Shown piece after piece: positions 23,222 through 35,885 of a stretch of 64,000 nucleotides of DNA; the first letter of the stretch is position 1, and every line of letters begins with the position of its first letter. The position numbers and the translations under genes are program-made. Under the pieces are notes generated by a model. That model was not told where the DNA came from. It did not search any database and saw nothing but the letters and a program-made list of their open reading frames with translations. This DNA comes from Cetorhinus maximus. Taxonomy: Eukaryota. Location: positions 75,330,001 through 75,394,000 of the forward strand of contig NC_135893.1 in the NCBI RefSeq assembly GCF_964194155.1, given 5' to 3'.

Positions 23222-23539
23222 TTTTTAAACTTCACGTTTTATTTCGACTCTGATCTATTTGGTGTTTTTTTCCCTGTCCTTGACGATGTGCTGTTACTTG
23301 GTTTTGACTAGTTGGAAACTACAGTACGTGCTACCTTAATTTTTCATGCACATTTCTACATTCGCATTTCGCAATTCCTAAATTAAAATAGATTCTCTTT
23401 CGACATGCTCCCTCACCTGGGAAAGTGGGAGACAGGTAATGGAATAATTTCACTTTAAACAATTACTCTTGTGTTTTTATCCTCTAGGGGGTGCAATTGC
23501 TTCAGATTAGTGATTTGTTTGTGTGGAGACATCTTGCTT

Positions 23540-23710
23540 CTTCCTCCCACCACCCCCCCACCTTAAACCAGCTTATATTTCACCCCTCTCCTATTTTTAC
23601 TTCGTTCTGTTGAAGGGTCATGAAGACTCGAAACGTCAACTTTGTTCATCTCCACCGATGCTGCCAGACCTGCTGAGTTTTTCCAGGTATTTCTGTTTTT
23701 GTTTTGCTTC
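23540..23710 (+). mobile_element. Penelope-derived short element with a mutated hammerhead motif, downstream of the GFER stop
   Basis: GTT CTGTTGA A GGGTC ATGAA GACTC GAAACGTC AAC ..GATGCTGCCAGACCTGCTGAGTTTTTCCAGG. Confidence 0.75.
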
Positions 23711-26700
23711 TTCCTGAGTGAGTGTAGCTACAACAGACAGTTGAGGCAAAAGAGATTTTATATTTCAATCCACAAACCAAATTTGCTTGGGAGAGGTGAA
23801 CATTTTGGCTCTCCAGTTCCCCCCTCAGCACTGCAAAACATTGAGAAATTTTGCCAGGTTTCAATGGTTTTTCAAACTGTCTCCATCAAGATGAGGTGAT
23901 ATCTTCAAACATCTAGTTTCAGTTTGATATTAAACGGCTAACATTGAACTACACTGTCATTAGGAGAATCACAATAGACCTTTACCTGGCTGTGAACCAA
24001 GAAACCGAGTACAGGGTAATTAGCTTCCAATATGCCCGTCAGAAGGAATTTATAAAATTTCAAATTAATTGGTGAATCCATGAAATTGCAAGGGATATAA
24101 TAATTCTGATCTCTGTGCAATGACACTAGCGAAACTTTGGCAAACAAAAATGAATTACACCCACGTCAACTAGTACAGTATCCAAAGGAGGATGTTTAGT
24201 ACTAGTGATTTAGCACAAGTGCTATTACAGCTGTACTAATGTATTTTCAAGTCTGGTACTGAATGGATTATGTATTGGGGTCAGTGTTGTCGATTAGAAA
24301 AGTTGGCCACGGTGTTGAATAGCAGTTTTTGTGATGTTGTAATATGCATGTCCACTGCAATATGTAAAATGTGCAATTCAGGCACTATGTGTCACCCAAC
24401 ACACCGACCCCATGTTGATAGTCTAGAAATTGTTAATGGAAAGGAAAGCCAAGACATTGTAAGCTTTTATAAGTAATTATGATACTTGAAGAATATATAT
24501 GAAAAATATGCCATGTGTTGGAACTGTAGAAGGTTCTTAGTCACAGGGCTGTGCTTCCAGAAGCCCTCAGCTGAACACTGCACCTGATCTTGGCAGCCAA
24601 AGGCTTCTGGAAGCAGCTGTGAGATGTTGAGAACATTATGGGATGAAATTTGAACAAAGGAATGAAGGACTAAAATAAAACTCTGAAAAGTTGCAATCGT
24701 TTATTGCACTAAATTTGTACAAATGCAACCAAATTGGGCTGGTTGTAGAGTATCTGCAAACATTCAGAGTTTGAATAACTGTGTTGTCAATCATCATGGA
24801 AGATTTATTTCCTTAAATGGCCTTTTTTATATCTGTCCCCAAGCTCCTCAGTTTATTTCAGGGAGGAAGTGCAATGGTTGTCACCCCACAAAAGACTGAT
24901 TGATTCTTGTCAGACAATTATGACCACCCAGCTGTGGATGCAGGACAGAAATAAAGTTTCAAATTCAATTTTTAAGAAATGCAAAGATCTGAACACCTTT
25001 TGTAATATTTGAGAACAGAGTTAATATGATATTTTTGTGTTTCAACTACTAAAAGGTTTAAAGGGTATTTATGCTTTAATTATTGCGTTAATTTGTTTGG
25101 TTAGTACTTTTACTGTGAGCTAAGTCTAGGTATGTGCAGCGTGTCTTGATGAATTAGCTCAATTACCCTTATTTAAATCTGACGGCTGAGCACCATTCTG
25201 AATCAGTGCATGAAACATATAGTGAGATGTAAATGTGCTGTTTGTTAGTACAGTGGGTTACTGTTCAGGTTACAATCTGCCCATTTCTTGTGAATTCATT
25301 AATGGCGCAAACAGTAAAATGTACAGTATGGTTAGCCATTTATGATCAGCACCATCTGGCCTGGACTGTACTACTATCCCCTTATGAGATTGCCATTGGA
25401 GATAGTGGCATAGAAGAAATTTAAATATTCTATGGAATGAATTAAACCATGAGAGAGTTTTAATAACCATTACAATTTGATATATTGAAAGGACATGCAA
25501 TAAAATAAAACACCTCTTGATTTCAAACCAAGCGGTCAGACTATAGGAGCTTTCTGTTCATTGGTGTTCACCATGATCATGCTGTTTAGGTCGGGAGAGA
25601 CGAGCTGCACTCTCAAATTCAGGTTTACAGCTGCGACACCCTCTAAGAAGATAAGATGCCCCTTCAGAGTGGCTAAAATACTGAAAGGTTTGAGAATCCT
25701 GAACTCCTTAGTATTGTCACTGTTTTGCAATAGGTTCCAGCTACTGCATTATCCTGTTTTAACTACATCATCAATATAAAATAATTTTCATCTGCATATT
25801 TTCTGGAGTACATTCCTATATTGATCAGTAACTTATGACTGGAAGTTTTACAAGACTTTGTTCAGAGAATAGTAAATGTTTAAGGAGGTAAGATAAACCT
25901 TACTATTGCACTAATTTTGAAGAATTAAAAACAAAATCCAAATGGTGGAAGTAGCTGCTAGTGCAAACAACATTGTTACTACTATGTTACACAGGATTGT
26001 ACATACTTACGTATACTGTACTATGTGGCTATGATCTAAAGAGGTTTGAGTTTTCTAAAGGGTTCCTTGTCTGTGCACCTTCTGGATTTGTCATATTGTA
26101 AAAAAAAGGAAATAATCAAGTGTAGGACACCCATAAATGGCTGGCTTTGAGACTCATTTTGCTCCAGGAGTATGTGCAATAATGAAGACTCTGTCAGACT
26201 CTATATAATGCGACGCCAAGGAAACTTAGACTACAATAGCCAGTACATCCACAATTCTTTGTGCTGCCTCAGTTCTAAGATCTGCCTTAGCAAGGGAAAG
26301 ATTTGTTTTATACAATTACGGAGTTTATTTGTTCCACTGACAAGAACTTACAATCAAGCTGCATGAGACTGTTTTTCTGAGAATTTGATTAGGGATATAA
26401 GTAATTGAAATAATGCTGGGTTTAAATTTTATACACTTCTGTTATTAATTTCAAATCACTAGGTGGTTAGATGGACTGTTATCATTTGATCTTACTCTTT
26501 TAGAATGCTCCCTCTACCCTCTCCCTAATACAGCAAATTAGCTCTTTCTTAGATAACGCAACATCTATGCCACAACACCAGTCGTTGACCATCTTCTGTA
26601 TATTTTCCTGTTTTCTTTTCACAACTCTATACCTGCTCCCGCTTGTCCTCTATTACATGGGTGTATCTAGAGGTATTATTTGGGTTTATTTGCTCTGCCC

Positions 26701-27456
26701 TGTTGGATACGTTGTATACATCCTAAGGTGTCCTTTGGGACGACTCCTTTTGAAGCTGAAGATCACCAGCTCTTCCCTCTGACTTTGAAGATCAGTCTTT
26801 TTTTTCCCCCTTTTCTGGATCATCCTATTATGTTGTGCCAATAAGAATGGTAAACATGTGCAGCCTGACTCTGCAGCTTGATCAGGCTTTCAACTGAAAG
26901 GATACAACAATATAACCCAGAATCCTGTTTGCTTTGTTTATTCTCATCTTGCACTATTGAATGAGATGAGTGATAAGTTAACTAATCTCCGGAGGTATCT
27001 TGCAACTTCTCCTTTAGTGTATTTTATGTGGCTCATAAAGTGCATCAGCTTTTTTTTTGCAATTTTCTGTCTTTCACTTCTTATCACTGATCAACCCATG
27101 TGCAAATCTTGCCAGGTTCTTCTGGTAAGATCTTGGCTGCTTACTGAGCTCACAGTAAACCAGCTCGATATCCTTTGTGAGTATACCTGCCTTGGATTGA
27201 GACTGTGAGGTTAGGCAGGAAGAGGGTAGGTCCCAGCACAGATCTATGGGCCACTCCACTAAAACACGCGTCATCGTTCCAGGCATAAAATTCTGAAATC
27301 TTCTTAAAATGAGGTAAGAATTCATAAGGTGTTTCTTTTATTTGGCCAAGGGAAGGGAGAATCCCATCCATATCTCTTTACATTTGTTGAATCTTAGAAG
27401 CTGGTCAATTAATTTGACTTTACAATAAATGTAACTTCTTGCTCGCACTGTTGTTT

Positions 27457-27790
27457 GGCAGAGTTCTAAGATTTTGACCCATCAGTTATGCAGTAACTTT
27501 ATATGCCTAAGCCTGTGAATTTATTTCCTCATTAATGGCAAGAGAATGTTCTGAGTTGACATCTCCTCATCTTTAGAGAAAGGTGAGAGACGGCTCACTT
27601 AAACAGATTAATAACTCCTTTCTTGTAACAGTCTTCATGGTAAATAGATAATTAAAAATAAAATCTCCATTTGAGGGAAAAAATAAGTTATGTTGGAAAC
27701 TTTTTTTCAGTGTCCGGATTGCAGAATATATTCACAAGTGAGAGGATTGATGGGGGGAAGCCATGTTGGAAGTTTTATCATGGAGACTCA
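27457..27790. repeat. Local direct duplication, copy 1
   Basis: Shares AAGCCTGTGAATTTATTTCCTC, AACTCCTTTCTTGTAACAGTCTTCAT, TTGGAAACTTTTTTTCAGTG and GGAAGCCATGTTGGAAGTT with copy 2. Confidence 0.85.
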
Positions 27791-28325
27791 TGAAGTATTG
27801 CTGATTAAACTGATTTTCTGCAGAGTAATTTCCATTTCATGAATGGACGGAAATGTGCTTCGTAATTCAGCTATTGTAATAATTTTGTTTCACCCACGCA
27901 AATGCTTCCTTAGCCACCATACCACCGCCAATGAACAGGGGACCTAACTTAAATAATTGAAAGGGACCAGGGATGACAGGCAATAAAATAATGACAGAAT
28001 TGCTAGTTTATTTTTGCTTCTTTTTGAGTATGTCATAGCCGGTCCTCTCAATTGTGTGTCTATTTTGGGCCTTTTGTTAGATTTGAAAATGAACAAAGAT
28101 ATTTCTTCATATTTATATCCCATGTTATAGATAGAAGTTATGTTAGAAATACATTGAATGTTTCATGATTTTGTTGTTCATCATTATTTATTGGTTCCAG
28201 CCATTGAATAAATATCCTGTCCAGCAAGTCCTTGATGTCTGAATCTTGTCTCTTAGTTGGAAGGAGTTGCAATTCCAGTTAACCACTACAGTCCGTGAGG
28301 TGAAGGTTCTTCCCCAATGCTATTA

Positions 28326-28665
28326 GGCAGGGAGTTCCAAGATTTTGACCCAGTGATGTTAGAAACTTTGATATATGTTGAAGCCTGTGAATTTATTTCC
28401 TCCTCAATGGCAAGAAAATGTTTTGAGTTGAGCTCTTTTGAGAGAGCTCACTAGCATCAAAAACTCCTTTCTTGTAACAGTCTTCATCATAAATAGATAT
28501 TTTTTTTAAAAAATCTCCCTTTGAGGAAAAAAAATTTGTGGATCAATTGGAAACTTTTTTTCAGTGATTGGTAAACAGAATTTATTCACTATGTGAGAGG
28601 ATTGATAGTGATGATTTAAAGGTACAAAGGAGGAAGCCATGTTGGAAGTTATATTGTTGAGTCTA
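28326..28665. repeat. Local direct duplication, copy 2
   Basis: Same blocks in the same order, about 870 bp downstream of copy 1. Confidence 0.85.
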
Positions 28666-28669
28666 TTCT

Positions 28670-29295
28670 TGATGAAAGTAGTGCATTTGATATGGATTTT
28701 CTAAAGTTGTTTGATAAAATGCCACGTAATTGACTTGTTAACAAAATTAGGATTAAAGAGGCAGTGGCAGCGCAGATACAAAATTGTTGCTGTAACAGAG
28801 AGAGTGTGGCAGTGAATGGTTGCTTATAAGGCTGGAGGGAGTGATGGTATCCCCCAGGGGTAGGTATTAGGACCATTGCTCTTTTTGATGTGTTATTGAC
28901 CTGGATATGGGCATGGGGCCATAATTTCAAAGTTTGCAGATTACACAAGTTTGCAAATGCAGCAAACAGGAAACTTGTGAAGGACTTCTTGAGGACATAG
29001 ACTTGTGAAATAGCCAGACATATGGCATATGAAATTTAATGCTAGGAAGTACAAAGTGATGCATTTTTGGAGGAAAAATGAGGAGGCAATATAAATAGAT
29101 GTTACAATTTTAAAGAGAAAGTGATAACAGATCTGGGGAATCACATACACAAATCTTTGAAGATGGCAGGACAAATTGACAAAGCCAAAGATTCTGTATG
29201 GTTTTTTTTCAACGGGTGGAGGACTATAGTGCAAAAGCAAGGAGACTACGCTAAACCTTTATAAAATACTGATTAGGCCTTAACTAGATTATTGT
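28670..29295 (+). mobile_element. Old CR1 LINE fragment
   Basis: Degenerate MDF.K.FDK.P, GIPQG..LGPLLF and ISKFAD motifs. Confidence 0.65.
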
Positions 29296-29889
29296 ATTTT
29301 TTTAAAAGCAAAATACTGCGGATGCTGGAACAAAAACAAAAATAGCTGGAAAAACTCAGCAGGTCTGTATTTTTTTGAAATACAATCAGCAGGATCGTAT
29401 TTTTTTACTTGTTCGTGAGATCAATCATGGACTTTCAATGAGATCACCCCTAATTTCTCTTGAAAAGGTGGCGATGAGCATTCAGTGTGGTGGAGGTACA
29501 CTCAGTGCAGTTGGGCAGGGAGTTTGAGGATTTTGATTGGGTGACACTAAAAGAATGGCAACCACCACCTTCTCAAGGGCAATTAGGGATGGACAATGAA
29601 TGCTGGCCTATCCAGGGACACCCACATCCCATGAATAATTTTATTTTTAATTCCAAGTCAGGATGGTGTGGCTGGGAAGAGAACTTGCAGGTGGTAGTGT
29701 TCCACTCCCACCAGTAGAGGTTGCAGATTTGAAAGGTGCTGTTGAAGAAGTCTTGGCGAGCCCCCTCCTTTGAGATCTCACCTTGTTCCATCCTTCTCAC
29801 CTCTTATTCAAAATCAACATTCTCTTCTGCCCTCCCAAGTGCGATTAAAAATATTATCACCGAGATAACTTCATTTTCTCAGCCTCTTT

Positions 29890-31437
29890 TTTTTACTCAT
29901 TTATGGGATGTGGGCGTCGCTGGCTAGGCTAGTATTTATTGCCCATCCCTAATTGCCCTTAAGAAGATGATGGTGAGCTGCTATCTTTAACCACTGCAGT
30001 CTATGTGGTGTAGGTACACCCACAGTGCTGTTAGGGAGGGAGTGCCAGGATTTTGACTCAGCGACAGTAAAGGAATGGTGATATATTTCCAAGTCAGGAT
30101 GGTGATTGGCTTGGAGGGGAACTTCCAGGTGGTGGTGTTCCCATGTGTCTGCTGCTCTTGTCTTTCTGATGGTAGTGGTCGTGGGTTTGGAAGGTTCTAT
30201 TTAAGGAGCCTTGGTGAATTCCTGCAGTGCATCTTGTAGATGGTACACACTACTGTTACTGTGCGTCAGTGGTGGAGAGACTGAATGTTTGTGAATGGAA
30301 TGCCAATCAAGCGGGCTGTTTCGTCATAGATGGTGGCAAGCTTTTTGAGTGTTGTTGGAGCTGCACTCATCCAGGCAAGTAGTGAGTCTTCCATTAGACT
30401 CCTGACCTGTGTCTTGTAGATGGTGGACAGGCTTTGGGGAGTCAAGAGGTGAGTAACTCGCCGCAGGATTCCTAGCCTTTGACCTGCTCTTGTAGCCACA
30501 GTATATATATGGTTAGTCCAGTTCAGTTTCTGGTCAATGGTAACCCCCCCGCAGGATGTTGATAGCAGAGTATTCAGCAATGGTAATGCCAATGAATGTA
30601 ATGGGGTGATTATCTGTTGTTGGAGATGGCCATTGTAAAGCACTTGTGTGATGTGAATGTTACTTGCCACTTGTCAGCCCAAGCCTGGATATTGCCCAGG
30701 TCTTGCTGCATTTGGACATGGACTGCTTCAGTATCTGAGGAGTTGCAAATGGTGCTGAACATTGTGCAATCATCGGTGAACATCCCCACTTCTGACCCTA
30801 TGATGGAGGGAAGCTCATTGATGAAGCAGCTGAAGATGGTTGTGGCTAGGACACTATCCTGAGGAACTCCTTAAGTGATGTCCTGGAACTGAAATGATTG
30901 ACTTCCAATAACCAAAATCATTTTCCTTTGTGCTAGATATGACTCCAACCAGCAGACAGTTTTCTTCTGATTCCCATTGATTCCAGTTTTGCTAGGGCTC
31001 CCTGATGTCTCACGTTGTCAAATGCTGCCTTTATGTCAAGGGCAGTCACTGTCACCTCACCTTGGGAGTTCAGCTCTTTTGTCCATGTTTCAACCAGGAC
31101 TGTAATAGAGGTCAGGAGCTAAGTGATCCTGGCGGAACCCAAACTAATCATCAGTAACCAGGTTATTGCTAAGCAAGTGTCGCTTGATAGCACAATTAAT
31201 GACCCCTTCCATCACTTTACTGATGATCAAGAGTAGACTGATGGGGCAATAATTGGCCGGGTTGGATTTGAAATGCCTTTTGTGTACAGGACATACCTGA
31301 GCAATTTTTCTAATAGCCGGATAGATACCAGTGTTATAGCTGTACTGGAACAGCTTGGCTAGGGGCGCGGCAAGTTCTGGAGCACAAATCTAGAGTACTA
31401 TTGCTGGAATATTGTCAGGGTTCATAGCCTTTGCAGT
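29890..31437 (-). mobile_element. CR1/L2-group LINE, 3' ~1.5 kb
   Basis: GVTIDQKLNWTNHI..AGQRLGILRRVTHLLTPQSLSTIYKTQVRS, plus GVPQDSVL and ALDIKAAFD motifs. The 3' tail is shared with SINEs in the window. Confidence 0.85.
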
Positions 31438-31759
31438 TTCCCCTACCTATGCACCAAATGACCTCTAATTTTGCGATTTCAACCTCCATCTCAGTTCATT
31501 ATGATCTCTCTCCTCTGAGTTCACTGCCATCTTATCATCCTTAAATCTCTTCTTTCATATAAACGCCCCAACCCATATATAGGGCCATCCCCTTGACCTT
31601 GCTATCTCATGGTCTTACCACTCCCATTGTATCAAACACAGATAAGGCTATTGTTGATTACTTCCTTGTATCACTTTCTCTCTCCCCCTCTGTCTTTCCC
31701 CTCCATCCTTTTTTCCCTCCCTCTTTCTCCCCTCTCCCTCTCTTACCCCTCACTCAGTT

Positions 31760-33975
31760 TATAGCGTGTATTCAGGACAAGTTCTTAGAGCAGTATGTCT
31801 AATGCCAGCCAGGGAGCAGGTTTTCTCAACTTGGTAATGTGCAATGAGAAAGGATTAATCAATAACCTCATGGTAAAGGAGCCTCTTGGCAACAGTGATC
31901 ATAACATGATAGAATTTCACATTTAGTTTGACGGTGAGAAGTGAAAGTCTAAAACTAGTGTTTTAAACCTAAATAAAGGTAATTATAAAGGTATGAAGGC
32001 TGAGTGGACTAAGTGAAGTGGAAAACTAGGTTAAAAGGTATGACAGTAGAGATGCAGTGGCAGACTTTTAAGGAGATATTTAATAACGCTCAACAAAGAT
32101 TGATCCCAATGAGAAAGACTTTGGGAGAAGGATTTATCATCCATGGCTAAATAAGTAAGTAAAGAATAGTATCAAATTGAAAGAAACAGTACAAATCTGT
32201 GAAGGTTAGTGGTAGGTCAGAAGATTGGATAGATTTTAGGAACCAGCAAAGAATGACAAAAGAAATAATGAAGAGGCAGAAATTAAAGTATGAGGGAAAG
32301 CTAGCTAGAAATATAAAGAGAGCAGATAGCAAGAGTTTCTACAAGCAATTTTAAAAAGAGTAAAGCAAGCGTCAGCCCTCTAATAATGGAAAACAAGGAA
32401 ATGTCGGAACAAAAAATGCTGGAAAAATTCAGCAGGGCTGATAGCATCTGTGGAGAGAAAGACAGAGTTAACGTTTCAAATCCGTATGACTCTTCACTCT
32501 GAAGAAGAGTCATACAGCCTTGAAATGTTAACTCTGCCTTTCTCTCCACAGATGCTGTCAGACCTGCTGAGCTTTTCCAGCATTTTTTGTTTTTGTTTTT
32601 GTTTCAGATTTCCAGCATCCGCAGTATTTTCCCTTTATCTTAAGGAAATGTTGGAAGTGTTGCACAGGTATTTTATGTCTATCTTTACTGTGGAGGACTT
32701 AGAAAACTTCTCAAAAATACTTGAAAATCAACCAGGGAAAAGGTACTGTGAAGACTATTAGAGCTAAAGATTAACAAATCCCCAGGACCAGATGGCCTGC
32801 CTCTAAGGGTCTTAAAAGGAATGGGTGCAAAGATGATAGAGGGATTGGTTATAATCTTCCAAAATTCTTTAGATTGTGGAAGGGTCCCAGCAGATTTGGA
32901 AATGGCAAATGTAACACCTTTATTCAAGAAGGGAGGGAGACGGAAAGCAGGAAACTATAGACCAGTTTGCCTAACATCTGGCATTGGGAAATTGCTAGAA
33001 TCCATTATTAAGAAGGTTATTGATGACATCATGTGATCAGGCAAAGTCAACATGGATTTGTGAAAGGGAAATTTGTGTTTAATTTATGAGAGTTCTTTGA
33101 ACAACAAGCAAGGTGGATAAAGGGGAACCTGTTGATGTGGTGTTCTTGGATTTCCAAAAGGCTCTTGATAAGGTGCTACATCAAAGGTTACTGCATAAAA
33201 GGAAAGCTCATGGTGTAGGGGGTAACATATTAGCATGGATAATGAATTGGATAGCTAGCAGGAACCAAAGATTGGAGATAAATGAGTCTTTATGTGTTGG
33301 TAAGCTGTAACTAGTAGAGTGCCACAGGGATCAGTGCTGGGACTTCAACTATCTACAATCCATATCAATGTCTTGGATGAAGGGATCAAATGTTTTTTAG
33401 CTAAATTTGCTGATGACACCAAGATAGGTAGGAAAGTAAGCTGTTAAAAGGAGGTAAAGAGTCTACAAAGGGATATAGACAGGTTAAGCGAGTGGGCAAA
33501 AATTTGGCAGATGGAGTATAATGTGGGAAAATGTCCACTTTGGCAGGAAGAATAGAAATGCAGTATACTATTTAAATGAATAGAGATTGCAGAACTCTGT
33601 TGTACAGAAGGATTTGGGTGTCCTGGCACATGAATCACAAAGAGTTAGTATGCAGGTACAGCAAGTGATTAGGAAGGCAAATGGAATGTTGTCATTTATT
33701 GAAAGGGGAATGAAATATAAAAGTAGAGAAGCTTTACTGTAGCTGTACAGGGCCTTGGAAAGACTAAATCTGGAGTACTGTGTACAGTGGCTCTCCTTAT
33801 TTGAAAAAGGGTATAATTGCATTAGAAACAGTTTAGAGATGGTTCAAACAACTCATTCTTGGGATGAAGGGCTTATGAAGAAACGTTGAACATGTTGAGC
33901 CTAAAGCCATAGGAGTTTAGGAGAATGAGAGGTGATCTTATTGAAACATATAAGATCTTGAGGGGATCTTAACAG
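31760..33975 (+). mobile_element. CR1 LINE, 5'-truncated and decayed
   Basis: [59 protein letters not shown] and AKFADDTK motifs. Confidence 0.9.
32410..32641. mobile_element. Penelope-derived hairpin element inserted into the CR1
   Basis: Inverted arms about ~32497. 15-bp TSD AAGGAAATGT(C/T)GGAA at 32395-32409 and 32642-32656. Confidence 0.85.
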
Positions 33976-35519
33976 GTAGTTATTTAATTACAGCCAAAAT
34001 ATGCAGACAAATGTCTCATTAACAATAATGAGGTAAGTGACCAGCTGATCTACTCTTGATGGTGGCTGTGCCTTCAGTTGCCTGGGCCCCAAGCTCTGGC
34101 ATTTCCCTCTCAAACCTCGCTACATCTCTTTCCTCCTCTAAAATGCTCCTTAAAACCTACCTCTGACCAAGCTTTTAGTTATCTGCTCTAATAGCTCCTT
34201 ATCTGGCTCAGTGTCATATTTTGTTTTATAATGCCCCTGTGAGGCACCTTGGGACGTTTTATTGTATTAAAGGCGTTTTCTAAATACAATTTGCTGTTGT
34301 TGATTAAATATTAGCCAGGATACTGGAAATGTGGGATAGTTTGCATTCACCCAGGAAGGCGCATAATTATCATCAACATCACCGAATGACAATCACCAGA
34401 CTTGCTGTGAGGCCTCATCGTTCATCCTGCAAAATGGGAATTTCTGGATCCTGTACAAGTTGACTTCCCTTCCTTTGCAGTCATATGGGGCTTAGTTTTA
34501 AAAGATGGCAACCCCGACACTCCCTCAGAATCAGATGAAACGCCAGCCAAGAGTGTGTGCTGAGATCATGGAATGGGACCTGAACCTACTGTCACAGAGT
34601 TGGAAGAGCTACTGCTGAGCCAGGATTGACACATTGAGCTACAGACTGTGAAATTTTATATTGGCTTTTAGGCACCATGGAGTCTCAGCCCACGACTGTG
34701 ATATGGAGCTAAATGGATGAACATGTAAGTGAAGCAATCACCAGCAGCAGTCTTTCAATCTCAGACTGCTGCCTCTTGGTATAAAGACTTAAAAGCGATT
34801 AAATGCAGCCACCCAGATACTTAACGTCAAGCAGATTCTCACCACCCAAACTCAAAGCAAAGCTGAATGGTACAGCCATTACAGTTTATGGTCCTGTCTC
34901 TATTTCAACACTGGCAAACCCATCTACATTGTCAGTGGAAGTGATTATACTATTTTCTCTTGATAGTAGATTGATTACAAGTAAAAATATGAGCAGGAAT
35001 GAGTATCCTTCCTTGGAAGCTGTGAAGCAGCCCCTCAAAATGAGGCAATTTTTTCCTCACTTCCCTCGACAAACTAAAAGAAAATGATCCTGTCCAGAAA
35101 TCCAATTCCAAAATTCTGAAAAAAAGATAAAGTACCTTTTTTGGTTTTTATTAATTGAAACAATATTTGTCATAAAAGTATTATAATCATGTGAAATAAT
35201 TGCTAAAAGCGTCTTATGGTATGTAACTGACAGTGGGATAAATTTGCACAGTACTGCATGCCAATAAATGGAATAAAAAGAATTGTCTGTTGTCTTCAGG
35301 AATGTGTAACACACAAGTCTTAACTATCCAATGTGCAGAAAATTGGTTTGCAAATGCAACTAACCTCATTGTTTTTAACTGACATCAATGCCTTTAGAAA
35401 CTCAGTGCAAATTGACCAGATTTATACACAATAATAGCAGCAACAGCTTCATACAGGAACATTATAAAATAAAATTTGACACTGATCTACTTGAGGTGAT
35501 ATTAAGCCAGATTATAAAA

Positions 35520-35885
35520 GAAAGACTTGCATCTATGTAGCACTTTTCATGACTGCTGGACACCTCCAAAGTGCTTTGCAACTAATGATGCATATTTGAA
35601 GTGTAGTCACTTTTTTAATGTAGGAAGCATGATAGCCTATTAGTGCACAGAAAGGCCCCACAAACAGCAATGTGATAATGACCAGATAGTTTTTGTAACG
35701 TTGATGGGCAGATAAATATTGGCCAGAGCACCAGGGATAGCTCCCCCATTCTTCTTCAAGACAGGGTCCCTCAGTACTGCACTAGGGTATCAAAGTAGAT
35801 TTTTGTGCACAAGCTCTGGATTGGGAGTTGAACCCAGAACCTTGTGATGCAGAGGCAAGTACTACCAACTGAGCCACTGCTGACA
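35520..35885 (-). mobile_element. DeuSINE copy, internally deleted
   Basis: AATATTGGCCAG..CCCTCAGTACTGCAC..TTGAACCCAGAACC..AACTGAGCCAC on the plus strand. Similar copies near 34230-34625, 49590-49985 and 55620-55960. Confidence 0.65.

Noticed and set aside
24000-27400. Extra protein-coding gene between GFER and synaptogyrin
   Set aside because: Only short ORFs with no recognisable domain or consistent exon phases. May be extended 3'UTR or intergenic DNA.
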